Assembly (NCBI GenBank): GCA_035534415.1
Contig: DATLSB010000164.1
Coordinates: 445-64,444 of the forward strand
Direction of reading: 5' to 3'
Source: Candidatus Dormiibacterota bacterium
Lineage (GTDB): Bacteria > Acidobacteriota > Terriglobia > Acidiferrales > UBA7541
Length of the DNA: 64,000 nt
The notes under the pieces were generated by a model that did not search any database, was not told the DNA's origin, and was given only the letters and a program-made list of their open reading frames with translations. The position numbers and the translations under genes were made by a program. Positions 25,696 to 35,461 of this stretch are shown one piece after another; the stretch's first letter is position 1; every line of letters begins with the position of its first letter.

Positions 25696-26811
25696 TTAGT
25701 AAAGCCTGCGGAAGAGCCTGCCAGCGACGATCATGCTTCCAATCCCAATCACGGCTAGCGGCCAATACTGAGGCCAGTAGAGTGCCGCGCCCCCTCCTTG
25801 TAGGAAGCTCTCGCGCAACACGATCAGAAAATACCGAAGCGGATCGAGAAAGGTGATGTATTGCACTGCCCGCGGCATATTGGCGATGGGCGTCGCAAAA
25901 CCGGAAAGGACAATGGCCGGCACCAGGAAAAGAAAAACTCCCAATAATCCTTGCTGCTGCGTCCTCGCCAACGAAGAGATCATTAGCCCGATTCCTACCG
26001 TAGCGAGCAAAAAACAGAACAGACCTACGTAGAGTCCCAGAAAGCTGCCGGTGAATGGAACGTGAAACCAGAAAATAGCAACCAGAATAATCAGCGATCC
26101 TTCCAGCGTACCAACGAGAAAACCAGGCAGCGCCTTGCCAAGAAGAATCTCAGTTGGCCGCATGGGAGTAACCAGAAGCTGGTCGAACGTACCCATCTCG
26201 CGCTCGCGCGCAACCGAGAGGCCGGTGGTCAGCATACTTTCGAGAAGAGTCAGTATTCCGCAAATACCGGGGATGATGAACCAGTGGGAGTCGAGATTCG
26301 GATTGAACCATGCGCGGTCCAGCACCACCGTCGAGGGCGGTGATTCTCCGTGCTCTGCGATCTGCGCTTCATTGAACGTAGTTACGATGGATTGGGCATA
26401 CCCCATCGCCAGGCCTGCCGTGTTGGAATCTCTCCCATCCAGGATGAACTGAACGTGGGCCGGTCTGCCGCGCTCCACGTCGGAGGTAAAGGTCGGGCCA
26501 ATGTCTATCGCCATGAGCGCGGACTTATCATCGATGGCCTGCTGGATCGCGCTCTGATTGTGGACGATGCGCAGCAACTCAAAACTCGGCGAGCCAGCGA
26601 AGCGGGCGATGAGATCGCGAGATAATCGCCCCTGATCCTGGTTATAGACAACGAACGGCACATGCGTTAGATCGAAAGTAGCGGCGTAGCCGAATACCAG
26701 CAGCTGAATAATTGGCGGGCCAATCAGGACAGCCCGGCTAGCTGCGTCACGCAGCAAGGCTAGAAGCTCCTTGATGCTGAGCGCAATTACGCGTTGGAGT
26801 ATCAAACGCAT
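25696..26811 (-). CDS. ABC-2 type transporter permease (YbhS/YbhR-like)
   Basis: Start at internal Met MRLILQRVIALSIKELLALLRD. ABC-2 membrane domain. Confidence 0.9.
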   Translation of the reverse strand: MRLILQRVIALSIKELLALLRDAASRAVLIGPPIIQLLVFGYAATFDLTHVPFVVYNQDQGRLSRDLIARFAGSPSFELLRIVHNQSAIQQAIDDKSALMAIDIGPTFTSDVERGRPAHVQFILDGRDSNTAGLAMGYAQSIVTTFNEAQIAEHGESPPSTVVLDRAWFNPNLDSHWFIIPGICGILTLLESMLTTGLSVAREREMGTFDQLLVTPMRPTEILLGKALPGFLVGTLEGSLIILVAIFWFHVPFTGSFLGLYVGLFCFLLATVGIGLMISSLARTQQQGLLGVFLFLVPAIVLSGFATPIANMPRAVQYITFLDPLRYFLIVLRESFLQGGGAALYWPQYWPLAVIGIGSMIVAGRLFRRLY

Positions 26812-27926
26812 CAGTCCAACCTCTTGCGAAATCGCAGGAGTGCGATGCCCAAAAAGACGACGCACAGTATGGCCATGCCAAGGCCATTGCGCAGGATCAC
26901 CGGCCACACGTCACCAGCCAAAAAGCTGCTTTGCAGCATGGCTACAAAATAGCGCGCTGCGACAACGTGGGTTAGGACCTGTATTACTTGCGGCATCGAG
27001 CGGATATCAAAGAGAAAGCCGGACAATATGAAAGCTGGGAGAAAAGTAGTAATGATCGCGACCATCGCGGCGACAAACTGGCTGCGTGCGAGCACGGAGA
27101 TGACGAGCCCCATGCCCAGGGCGGTGAGTAGGAAAAGTGTTGCGATCCCGAAGAGTACCAGTAGCGATCCACGCAGCGGAACGTCAAACAAAAAGACGGC
27201 CATGGCCGTGGATAGAATCATTCCACCCATGCCCATGGCAAAATATGGGACCAGCTTTCCCAGCAGAATCTCTGCCATGCTAACCGGCGTTACCATAATG
27301 CCCTCCATGGTTCCGCGTTCCCATTCCCGCGCTACAACCAGAGCCGTCAGCAAGCCCCCGATGAGCGTCATGATGATGGCGATCAGTCCCGGAATCAGAT
27401 AGTCGCGGCTGCGCAACGCAGGATTGAACCAAACCCGCATGTCGGCAACCACGGGCACCGATAATTGCGTGCCTTGTCGGGTGGCTTCCTGTTGCAGCCA
27501 CACCAGCCATGTCCCATTCACGTAATTTTTAATGATGCGTGCTTGGTTGGCATCGACGCCGTTTACGGTGAGATCAATCGGAGCGGTATTGCCACTGTAC
27601 GACAGGCGCGTGAAATCGCTCCGCAGCCACAGGATCGCGTCGGCACGCCCATGCACGAGCGCGCGCTCGGCGGAAGCTTGATCGGGGTATATGGTAGGAC
27701 GAAACCACGGAGAGCTTTGTAGCTCCGCCAGAAATGAAGCGGTGAGCTGCGTTGGATGATCGACGACTTCTGCCACGGAGACGCGCCGAGCGTCGAGCGA
27801 AACGCCATACCCGAAGATCAGCAGAAGCACCAGCGGCAGCACGAACGCGATGGCTATGCTCGAGGGATCGCGCACGATCTCATACGCCTCCTTCCTCATC
27901 AGACCGCGTAGGCGCATCCAACTCAT
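26811..27926 (-). CDS. ABC-2 type transporter permease (YbhS/YbhR-like)
   Basis: 371 aa, MSWMRLRGLMRKEAYEIVRDPSSIAIAF. Paralog of the downstream permease. ATGA overlap with the ATPase stop. Confidence 0.9.
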   Translation of the reverse strand: MSWMRLRGLMRKEAYEIVRDPSSIAIAFVLPLVLLLIFGYGVSLDARRVSVAEVVDHPTQLTASFLAELQSSPWFRPTIYPDQASAERALVHGRADAILWLRSDFTRLSYSGNTAPIDLTVNGVDANQARIIKNYVNGTWLVWLQQEATRQGTQLSVPVVADMRVWFNPALRSRDYLIPGLIAIIMTLIGGLLTALVVAREWERGTMEGIMVTPVSMAEILLGKLVPYFAMGMGGMILSTAMAVFLFDVPLRGSLLVLFGIATLFLLTALGMGLVISVLARSQFVAAMVAIITTFLPAFILSGFLFDIRSMPQVIQVLTHVVAARYFVAMLQSSFLAGDVWPVILRNGLGMAILCVVFLGIALLRFRKRLD

Positions 27927-29656
27927 GAAGCTCTCCGGCTAGTTTGCTCGTGTTCTTCAATTAGCGAGATGAAAGCGTCTTCCATGGTCGGCATGGGTCG
28001 ACCTGGGCTCCGGCTCGCCTCTTTGATTTCCGTAGGCGTACCTTGCGCGAGGATTTCTCCAAGTGACATCAATACGATGTGGTCGCAATATTCCGCCTCC
28101 TCCATAAAGTGCGTCGTTACAAGGCAGGTCGTTCCGCCTTCCGCGAGCGCGTTCACGCGTGCCCAGAATTCTCGTCGGGCCAAAGGATCGACGCCGGAAG
28201 TCGGTTCATCCAGGAAGAGAATGCTCGGTTCGTGCATCAGCGCGCAGGCCAGAGCAAGACGCTGCTTGTAGCCCAAGGGGAGATCCCCTGCATTCATGTC
28301 GCTGTAGTCTTTCAGCTCCAGCTCTTCCAGCGCCCATGCCATCCTGTCCTTCTTGCGCTGATTTTCCAAACCGTAGGACGCTGCGAAGAAGGACAAATTT
28401 TGATGCACGCTCAGAGACCCATACAAAGCGAACTTCTGAGACACATAACCGATGCGAGCACGGGCGGCGGCGCTCGCTGTACGCAGATCGACACCCGCGA
28501 CCCGCAGCGTTCCAGAAGAGGAAGGCAGCAAGCCGCAGAGCATACGGAAGGTTGTCGACTTACCTGCTCCGTTGGCTCCCAGCAGCCCGAAGATCTCGCC
28601 CTTGCATACGGAAAAGTTGACATTCTTCACCGCAGCGAAGGGGCCAAAGTAGCGATAGAGATCCTTGACCTCGACGACTGTCACATCGCGGTCGGTCGCA
28701 GCTCGTTGCGGCGGGAGCGGAATGGGATGACGCGGAGTCCGGCTAAAGAGAAGACTGACGAAGGCGTCTTCCAATCGCGCTGGAACCGGCTTGGGCGCTC
28801 CGTGGCCAGCCAGACCCCCTGGCAATACCGGCGGCCCAGACTGCTGCATCACGATGCGCAGCCCATCGCCTTGAATCACCGTATCCACCACGCCCGGCAG
28901 TTGGGCAATCTGGGACTGCAGATTCCGCTGTGCTGTGGGGATATTTCCCAGAACAAATGCATGGCCTTCTAGCGGTGCGGCGAGTTGCGCCGGATTTCCC
29001 TGCGCGAGAATTTCCCCTTCGTGCAACAGAATGACACGGTCGCAGCGTTCGGCCTCGTCCATATAGGCAGTACTGAGCAGGACGGTCACCTTCTGGCTGA
29101 CAACCTGTTGTTGGATGATGTTCCACAGTTCTCGTCGCGAAATGGGGTCGACGCCCACGCTTGCTTCATCCAACAGCAGCAGGCGGGGAGGATGAATTAA
29201 GGTGCAAGCTAAGCCGAGCTTTTGTTTCATGCCGCCGGAAAGCCGCCCGGCCTGCCGTTTGCGAAACGGACCGAGAGCCGTCATGGTGAGCAACTCCCGG
29301 AAGCGGCTCGCTCGCATCGTGTGCGGTATGCCGTGCAGGTCGGCAAACAGGTCGAAATTTTCTTCGACCGTCAGATCTTCATAGAGGCCGAAGCGCTGCG
29401 GCATATAGCCAATCTGGCTCTGCAATGCTAAGGCTTGCTCTGGCAACGGATATCCAAGTACGCGAATCTCTCCGGCGACTGGCGTCAGAATGCCGACGAG
29501 AAGACGCAGCAGCGTGGTTTTGCCCGCGCCATCCGGACCGATGAGGGCCGTCATGCTTCCCGCGGGGATTTCGAGGGAAACATTCTTGAGGGCTTCTCTT
29601 CGAGCGGCTCCTTTTCCGAACGCCATCCGAAGGTCCTTGACGGAGATTGCGTTCAT
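27923..29656 (-). CDS. ABC transporter ATP-binding protein with two fused ATPase domains (YbhF-like)
   Basis: Start MNAISVKDLRMAFG. Two Walker A motifs (GPDGAGKTT, GANGAGKST), two LSGG signatures (LSGGMKQKL, LPLGYKQRL) and two Walker B motifs (LLLLDEA, ILFLDEP). Confidence 0.9.
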   Translation of the reverse strand: MNAISVKDLRMAFGKGAARREALKNVSLEIPAGSMTALIGPDGAGKTTLLRLLVGILTPVAGEIRVLGYPLPEQALALQSQIGYMPQRFGLYEDLTVEENFDLFADLHGIPHTMRASRFRELLTMTALGPFRKRQAGRLSGGMKQKLGLACTLIHPPRLLLLDEASVGVDPISRRELWNIIQQQVVSQKVTVLLSTAYMDEAERCDRVILLHEGEILAQGNPAQLAAPLEGHAFVLGNIPTAQRNLQSQIAQLPGVVDTVIQGDGLRIVMQQSGPPVLPGGLAGHGAPKPVPARLEDAFVSLLFSRTPRHPIPLPPQRAATDRDVTVVEVKDLYRYFGPFAAVKNVNFSVCKGEIFGLLGANGAGKSTTFRMLCGLLPSSSGTLRVAGVDLRTASAAARARIGYVSQKFALYGSLSVHQNLSFFAASYGLENQRKKDRMAWALEELELKDYSDMNAGDLPLGYKQRLALACALMHEPSILFLDEPTSGVDPLARREFWARVNALAEGGTTCLVTTHFMEEAEYCDHIVLMSLGEILAQGTPTEIKEASRSPGRPMPTMEDAFISLIEEHEQTSRRAS

Positions 29657-29657
29657 T

Positions 29658-30743
29658 TCAGTTCGCCCCACAGGGATGGGCACCGATTGCGTGCGGAGGA
29701 TTGTTGCGAAGTGGAATGACCACCGTGGCTGGCATTCCGAGGCGCAGTCGATGATCCGGGTTACAAGCATAAACGCGCACTCGATAAACAAGCTGGGAGC
29801 GCAGCTGCGTGGTTTCCACATTCTTCGGCGTAAATTCCGATACCGGAGAAATGTAGCCGATCCATCCTGGAAATTGTTGCCCTGGAAAACTGTCGGACTT
29901 AATCGACGCGCGCATGCCGAGGGCCACTTTGCCCATCTCCGGCTCTGGCAGATAGGCGCGCACCCAGAGTGGATTGTCCAGAGCCAAAGTAAACACAGGT
30001 GTCTGCGGAGTGGCCATATCGCCGGGCTCAAGAATCCTGCTCTGGATGACACCGTCGGCGGGAGCATAGAGCTGAGTGTCGGCCAGCTCTTTTTGTGCCA
30101 AAGCCAACGCGGCTTTGTCCGCTTGGAGCGTAGCCTGGGCTGCGGCAATGTCTTCCTTGCGCGGGCCGATGACGGCGAGCCGCAAGGCTTGCTGCTTGGC
30201 CGCGAGCAACTGCCGTTTGGCTGCCAGGTCAGCTTGATCGGCAAGATACGAGCGTTGTGCATCGTCGCGGATCTGCAAGGAAACATACTGTTGTTGTGCC
30301 AGAGTTTCCTGGCGGTGATAAAGCAGTTCAGCGTTTGTCAGGTTGGCTTGTGCTGCGGTGACATCCGCTTGTGCAGCAGCAACCTCTGCTCGCGCCTCTG
30401 CAATCTCCTCCGGCCGGCTCCCGGCCAGGAATCGCGCAACGATTTGTTGTTGCGCCGCCATCGTCGCCCTGTCCTGCGCCACGGCATCCGAAAAGCGTTG
30501 CTGCACCAACTGTGCGACAAGCTGGCCCGCGTGGACTGCGCTGCCCTCATCCACCACCAACTTATCGATTCGCTCATTGTCGTTGAAGGCCAACTGCACC
30601 TGTCTAATATCTACATTGCCATAGAGGGTCATGGTGTCGCTGGGAGCACGCTTCGGGAACAGCCAGCGTCGTCCCAAGAAGCCCGCAACGATAAGAGCGA
30701 CCAGAACCATCAGGAAAAGAAGGCGTTTCTTCACCGAAAGCAT
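29658..30743 (-). CDS. HlyD-family periplasmic adaptor (YbhG-like)
   Basis: Start MLSVKKRLLFLMVLVALIV with RBS GGAGGA. Long coiled-coil (AEARAEVAAAQADVTAAQANL). Confidence 0.9.
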   Translation of the reverse strand: MLSVKKRLLFLMVLVALIVAGFLGRRWLFPKRAPSDTMTLYGNVDIRQVQLAFNDNERIDKLVVDEGSAVHAGQLVAQLVQQRFSDAVAQDRATMAAQQQIVARFLAGSRPEEIAEARAEVAAAQADVTAAQANLTNAELLYHRQETLAQQQYVSLQIRDDAQRSYLADQADLAAKRQLLAAKQQALRLAVIGPRKEDIAAAQATLQADKAALALAQKELADTQLYAPADGVIQSRILEPGDMATPQTPVFTLALDNPLWVRAYLPEPEMGKVALGMRASIKSDSFPGQQFPGWIGYISPVSEFTPKNVETTQLRSQLVYRVRVYACNPDHRLRLGMPATVVIPLRNNPPHAIGAHPCGAN

Positions 30744-30765
30744 ATCGGTCCTCCGAATATCCTGC

Positions 30766-32163
30766 TCACTTGGCGGGCCCGCTGTACAGCAGGTCATTGA
30801 GGGCCTGTATATCCAGTGGCGTCAGTACTCCCGCGGCTGCCTTTAGTTGAGTCCTGTCCACCAGTTGCGTGTAAAGGGCCAGGTAGTAATTCCTCTGCGC
30901 GGATGCATAGTTTGTTGTCGCAGTCAGTAAGTCAATGATGGAGCGGCTCCCGATTTCATACCCCTTCCGCGTTCCATCCAGAGATACCTTTGCGGAAGTC
31001 ACCGCTTGGTGCGTGGCCTGAAACTGGGCGACGCTGTCTTGTAGATCATGGAATGCAGTTTGTGTATCCAGCGTGATCTCGTCCTGAATGTTGGCCATGC
31101 TCGCGCGGCTGGCCTCGGAAAGCGCTTTGGCCTGACGAATCTCGGCTCCGGTGCTTCCGCCTTCATAAATCGGGATCGAAAGGTTCAGCGACGCGCCAAC
31201 CTGATTCACGGCCAATGGGGGAATGAGCGTACCGACAGCGTGCTGCCCGATACCGCTCAGGGTCAAAGTGGGCCAACGCTCCCGTTTTGCAAACTGTACC
31301 TGCTGTTCTGACACTTTCAGCGTTGCCTTCGCCTGCTGGAGAAGCGGCTGGTTCTTGAGCGCAATCGAAACCCATGGCTCCAAAGTGTCCGGCTGCGGGC
31401 CCATCGCCTGCAGGGTAGATACATCCTTTAGCGTTCTCACGGGACGATGTGTCAGGCGCTCCAACTGGTTCTTCGCTATCGTCACAGCATTGTTCGCGGT
31501 AATGAGATCGGCCTTCGCAGCATCTAACTGGGCTTGAACTTCCTGGACCGAGATAATGTCTCCGGTGCCCACCTGCAAGCTTGCTTCTGTTTGCTTGTCG
31601 ATAGTTTCGAGCAGGTCCATCTGCTGCTGCGTCACTCGTTGGTTGGCTTGTGCCTGTAAAACGCCAAAGTACGCCTGGGTGACCTGCAATGCGACAACTT
31701 GCCGTGCATAAGTCAGCGCCGCTTCGCTTGCCTGAATACGGCTGTCAGATTGCTCCAACGCCGTGAAGGCCTGACCATCGAAAATGGTTTCCGTCAAACT
31801 GACGCTAAAGACATCCGAATGATACCCGGTCGAGATTGGCTGAGCGCCGAAGCCTGTCACATAGGCCGTATTCATACCTCCGCTGGCCCCGCCATTAACG
31901 TGGGGAAGCAGTGCTGCTCGCGCCAGCGGCTTGCCGGCGGAATCCGCGTCTAGCTGCGCGCGCGCCTGAGCAATGACGGGCGACGTCGAAGCCGCCTGCT
32001 GATAAGCGGTTTGTAAATCCTGTGCCACACATGGCGCGGCGTTGAAGATCACACAGCCAAAGATCAGGGACAGGGATAGAAAGGGTGCCAAAGAACGGCA
32101 CTTCAGGAGAGTATTAGCCTGCTTTTTCGCTGGACTATCAACATCTCTCTTGACCGATGGCAT
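30766..32163 (-). CDS. TolC-family outer-membrane channel
   Basis: Two OEP repeats. DLQTAYQQA...LDADSAGKPLARAALLPHV is typical of a TolC N-terminus. Start chosen at MPSVKRD (RBS GGAGAG); an alternative ATG lies at 32220. Confidence 0.85.
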   Translation of the reverse strand: MPSVKRDVDSPAKKQANTLLKCRSLAPFLSLSLIFGCVIFNAAPCVAQDLQTAYQQAASTSPVIAQARAQLDADSAGKPLARAALLPHVNGGASGGMNTAYVTGFGAQPISTGYHSDVFSVSLTETIFDGQAFTALEQSDSRIQASEAALTYARQVVALQVTQAYFGVLQAQANQRVTQQQMDLLETIDKQTEASLQVGTGDIISVQEVQAQLDAAKADLITANNAVTIAKNQLERLTHRPVRTLKDVSTLQAMGPQPDTLEPWVSIALKNQPLLQQAKATLKVSEQQVQFAKRERWPTLTLSGIGQHAVGTLIPPLAVNQVGASLNLSIPIYEGGSTGAEIRQAKALSEASRASMANIQDEITLDTQTAFHDLQDSVAQFQATHQAVTSAKVSLDGTRKGYEIGSRSIIDLLTATTNYASAQRNYYLALYTQLVDRTQLKAAAGVLTPLDIQALNDLLYSGPAK

Positions 32164-32248
32164 TTTGGTTTCTCTCCGCATAAGGAAGCCGGTCGAGCGG
32201 AAAAGCTTGCTATTTGCCATTCGGCTTTCGGCTGTCGCTCATTCTCAT

Positions 32249-32611
32249 TTACTCTTTCTTAGTCTCGCGGCGGGCGTTGGGCCTGGCCAGTCCTGCCCTC
32301 GTTCTACCTACGCGCAATCGCGCAACATCAGGACCGAACGGCTGTTGTTCGCGGAAAGCACGTCGAAGGAAGCTGAAAAGGCCGGGCAACACATTTCCTT
32401 CCGCTAGGCGGTAGAACACTCGGAAACCTTCTCGGCGATCCACCACGAGGCCTGAACGCTTCAAATAGACGAGGTGCCGCGAGATTAGGGGTTGCGTGAT
32501 TCCAAGCAACCGCTGGATATCGCTGCCGCACAGCTGTTCGTGAAGCAGCAAGTTAATGATGCGAAGGCGCGTCGCATCTGACAAGCCGCGGAAGTAATCT
32601 TTTAAACCCAT
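32249..32611 (-). CDS. ArsR-family transcriptional regulator heading the TolC/ABC operon
   Basis: LSDATRLRIINLLLHEQLCGSDIQRLLGITQPLISRHLVYLKRSGLVVDRREGFRVFYRL. Confidence 0.9.
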   Translation of the reverse strand: MGLKDYFRGLSDATRLRIINLLLHEQLCGSDIQRLLGITQPLISRHLVYLKRSGLVVDRREGFRVFYRLAEGNVLPGLFSFLRRAFREQQPFGPDVARLRVGRTRAGLARPNARRETKKE

Positions 32612-32704
32612 ATGCTGAATCCTCTATACCTGTACATGTGTAGACCTATAGAAGCGCGTGGGCGGTGATGCCTGTCACATCCCTGCGTGACGCGCTGATT
32701 TACC

Positions 32705-33109
32705 TTACTTTTGCGACGGTCGTCGCTGATTGCTATAGAGTCCAGAAGCGTTAAACCTGCGGACGGATCTGCGGCCATGAAAGGATGCGATACCGGCGTT
32801 CGAAAACGCCTCTTCGCGGCTTTTCGGAACGGGCTCCGTGAACGATCGCTTGAACTGCATCAACTGCTGCCAATCAATTCTGAGCTGTTCTGCTCGGATT
32901 GCCTTACGTTCCATGCGTCGAGCCCAATCAATGATCTCCGTGGCTCCCACGAGTACCTTTTTCGGGTCACAACCACGAAGCGCAGAGGTTCCCCCAAACA
33001 GCCTGGAATCGAGAATCGCAACCTTCCAACCGGCGGCGCGACACTTCGTCGCAACCGTTGAACCTGCGGCTCCAGTTCCGATAACGATGAGATCGAGCGT
33101 CTGTTTCAT
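32705..33109 (-). pseudogene. N-terminal remnant of a FAD-dependent pyridine nucleotide-disulfide oxidoreductase
   Basis: DLIVIGTGAAGSTVATKCRAAGWKVAILDSRLFGGTSALRGCDPKKVLVGA. The FAD dinucleotide fold is present, but only about 134 aa remain of an expected ~450. The first redox Cys is replaced by Ser and the tail is out of register. Confidence 0.65.
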
Positions 33110-33428
33110 GATGTCACCCAACACCTTCGAATGAATTGACAGCGCGGAGTCGCCTCGGAAACGTACTTGTGTAATTCCCACCATTCAGTTGACAGGTTGG
33201 TGCTGCAAAAGGGTTCAGGACTCCCTGCGAATGAGCTTCAGATTTTCTTGCGAATCTTTTCCCGTTCGCTTCCGGTCTCATCAGCGGAAGAAAAGAAAAC
33301 CGGTCCTGGCTGGTGACCGAGCTGTAATGACTGAACGAAGTTCTCGGCACTGCGGGCGCGATGAGGGCGGCACTTCCAAAGACCGCGCTGTTTTTCAAAT
33401 CGCCCACGCAAGAAATAAGGAGAAATAC

Positions 33429-33887
33429 ATGAAAGTGAAATCTCTTTTGTTGCTGTTCGGCCTCGTATTCGCCGGACTTTTCACCCTGCCTGCTTCTGCG
33501 CAAGAGAGCCGGGTAACGGTGGAGACCACACATTCCTATGAACAGACCATCGACAAACTGAAGGAAGCTGCCGGCCAAGACGGCATGATGGTGATGGCTC
33601 AGGTTGACCAAGGCCACATGCTTTCGATGACTGGACTCAGTCTCAAAGCGACGCTGTTCCTTGTTGGCAATCCGACGGTCGGAAAGAAACTCTGCGATCA
33701 GGATCACGGAGTGGGACTTTATCTTCCGCTCCGCGTGTTCGTGTACAAGGGCAAAGACGGAAAGACCTACGTCAGCTACGACAAACCGTCCTCGTTGCTG
33801 CAACAGTTCAACGACAAGCAGATCGACATGGTGGCCAGTATGCTCGACCAGAAGATTGAAGGTCTGGCGCAGATGGCTACGCACTAA
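33429..33887 (+). CDS. DUF302 domain protein with signal peptide
   Basis: RBS AAGGAG. MKVKSLLLLFGLVFAGLFTLPASAQ. ...MVMAQVDQGHMLSMTGLSLKATLFLVGNPTVGKKL...GLYLPLRVFVY is DUF302-like. Confidence 0.8.
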   Translation: MKVKSLLLLFGLVFAGLFTLPASAQESRVTVETTHSYEQTIDKLKEAAGQDGMMVMAQVDQGHMLSMTGLSLKATLFLVGNPTVGKKLCDQDHGVGLYLPLRVFVYKGKDGKTYVSYDKPSSLLQQFNDKQIDMVASMLDQKIEGLAQMATH

Positions 33888-33948
33888 CAATCCTGCACAG
33901 GACGGTAAGGGAGTCCTTTTCTGCTCCCTCCCGTCAGGAGAGTCGTGC

Positions 33949-34698
33949 ATGAACTTCGCTAACTTTGTAAAAGAGCTTCGACCGCTGTCGCTTGTTCTGC
34001 TGGCGCTCTTGGCTGCTGCCGTAGGACCCAATATTTTTCCTGCTGCCTAGGCGGGTTATGGCGAGCTAAACATATTTGCGGTCCGCTTATTGTTACCCGC
34101 GATTGCAGTTCTTCTGGTCATCGTCGTGTTCAGCCAAACGTCGGAGTACGCCATCTCCCGGTCGATCGTCTGGGGCGCTCTTGCCGGTGCTCTTGCGACG
34201 ATTCCGCTCGAAGCAGTTCGCATATCGGGTTACCTTTTGGGCTTCTCGCCGGGGAACCTTCCACGTTTGATGGGGGTGTTGCTGCTCAATCGCTTCGCGC
34301 TCGGTCCTTCGATCGCGTCGGATATCACTGGATGAGCCTATCACTTCTGGAATGGTGCGAGCTTCGGCATCATCTACGTCCTGGTCGTTGGCGCGGCTCG
34401 ACGGTGGGCTGGCGTGCCCTATGGCATTGCCGTAGGCGTCGGTTTCATGCTAAGCCCCGTTGTGGTTGCGCTCGGAGTCATTCTTCCCCTTCTGTTCTCT
34501 CCCATCGCCGCACTTCTTTTAACTTTCGGAGCCCGAGCTTTAACTGTTCGATTTGTGCCCGACAACGGAATTCCGGATTGCATTTGCGCTGATGAGCCTG
34601 GGACGATCGCGCTGGCTGGGAATTCTCAGATGTCCGTCACGACCGCTCTGTTGCCGTCGCTGCGCTGGGCACCAGAGCGACGGAGGCCTCCGAGGTGA
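33949..34698 (+). pseudogene. polytopic membrane protein gene interrupted by two in-frame stops (TAG 34048-34050, TGA 34333-34335)
   Basis: A single frame runs from ATG 33949 (RBS AGGAG 8 nt upstream). Hydrophobic helices continue across both stops (...GPNIFPAA*AGYGELNIFAV... and ...SIASDITG*AYHFWNGASFGIIYVLVVG...). Confidence 0.6.
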
Positions 34699-35461
34699 GC
34701 AGCAGGAACGTAAATGTCTCCTGCAAGTACAGCCGGACGACGGCGTCGGTGTGGCTGAGATAACCGATGGAGACATCCTGTCCAATGTGAAAGTCGAAAT
34801 CGCCACCACGGGTGGTCAGCACGAAGGCGCCGTGGATGGCGGGCGCCCAGATGATGTCACCTTTCACGAGGCGCTTAACGTGCTCCAGCACGGGATAGCC
34901 ATGGTCGCTGGTCTCGGCGAGCGCGGTGTAGGCGTCCGAGCCGAACAGCACGGAGTAGGGACCATTGACGCCCACGAGCCGCAACTGGCTTAAGGCGTGC
35001 GATATGGCCTCGGGATACGCGCGGACGTCGTTTGGAAGCGTCATCTTCGGGTTGCTGGTTCCCTGGCGAATGCCCACGATGCCCGCCGCGTCGTAACCCT
35101 CGAAAATGGCTGAATCCTCGGCGAATGCGATCTCGCGGGCGGCGTCCTTAGCCGGTTGCCAATCGGAGTCGTTGGCGCCGCGATCGACGTCGTCGATCGT
35201 CTGGCGCTCCAACTCGAAGGGAACGCGCAGTTCGACGATGGCCTTTACCTCGCGCTGCCTTGCGATGATGCCGTCACGCGAAGCAGCGATCGTCCGCAGG
35301 TGTCCGGTGCCGACGGCGGAGAGAGCCGTACCCGCAGGCCCCTGCACGTCGACGACGCGGCGACCGGCAAGGTAGCGCTTGAAGGTGCGCGATGTTTCCT
35401 CTTCGATCTGCGACCACGCGGCATCAGAAATCGGGGCAAGCTCGCGATGGAGATTATTCAT
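34637..35461 (-). CDS. family-1 encapsulin shell protein (linocin M18-like)
   Basis: MNNLHRELAPISDAAWSQIEEETSRTFKRYLAGRRVVDVQGP...DFDFHIGQDVSIGYLSHTDAVVRLYLQETFTFLLLTSEA is the canonical encapsulin sequence pattern. The start overlaps the DyP stop by 8 nt. Confidence 0.95.
   Translation of the reverse strand: MNNLHRELAPISDAAWSQIEEETSRTFKRYLAGRRVVDVQGPAGTALSAVGTGHLRTIAASRDGIIARQREVKAIVELRVPFELERQTIDDVDRGANDSDWQPAKDAAREIAFAEDSAIFEGYDAAGIVGIRQGTSNPKMTLPNDVRAYPEAISHALSQLRLVGVNGPYSVLFGSDAYTALAETSDHGYPVLEHVKRLVKGDIIWAPAIHGAFVLTTRGGDFDFHIGQDVSIGYLSHTDAVVRLYLQETFTFLLLTSEASVALVPSAATATERS

Noticed and set aside
28079-30800. Long plus-strand ORFs 28079-28972 (297 aa) and 29490-30800 (436 aa), and the 210-codon extension of the ABC ATPase ORF up to 30286
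   Set aside because: They are antisense to, or overlap, clearly recognisable ABC ATPase and HlyD genes. Their composition is typical of shadow ORFs.
32623-32652. Possible operator dyad TCTATA...TATAGA upstream of the second ArsR gene
   Set aside because: Only the outer 6-nt arms pair. The inner 18 nt are not symmetric and the central ACATGT is off-centre, so the support is too weak to call.
33114-34031. 305-aa minus-strand ORF
   Set aside because: It is antisense to the DUF302 gene, which has an RBS, a signal peptide and family motifs. It has no motifs of its own.
34333-34335. In-frame TGA as selenocysteine or programmed readthrough
   Set aside because: The same frame also carries an in-frame TAG 285 nt upstream. 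The context suggests a mutated Trp codon, and I see no obvious SECIS-like hairpin immediately downstream. A pseudogene is the simpler reading.
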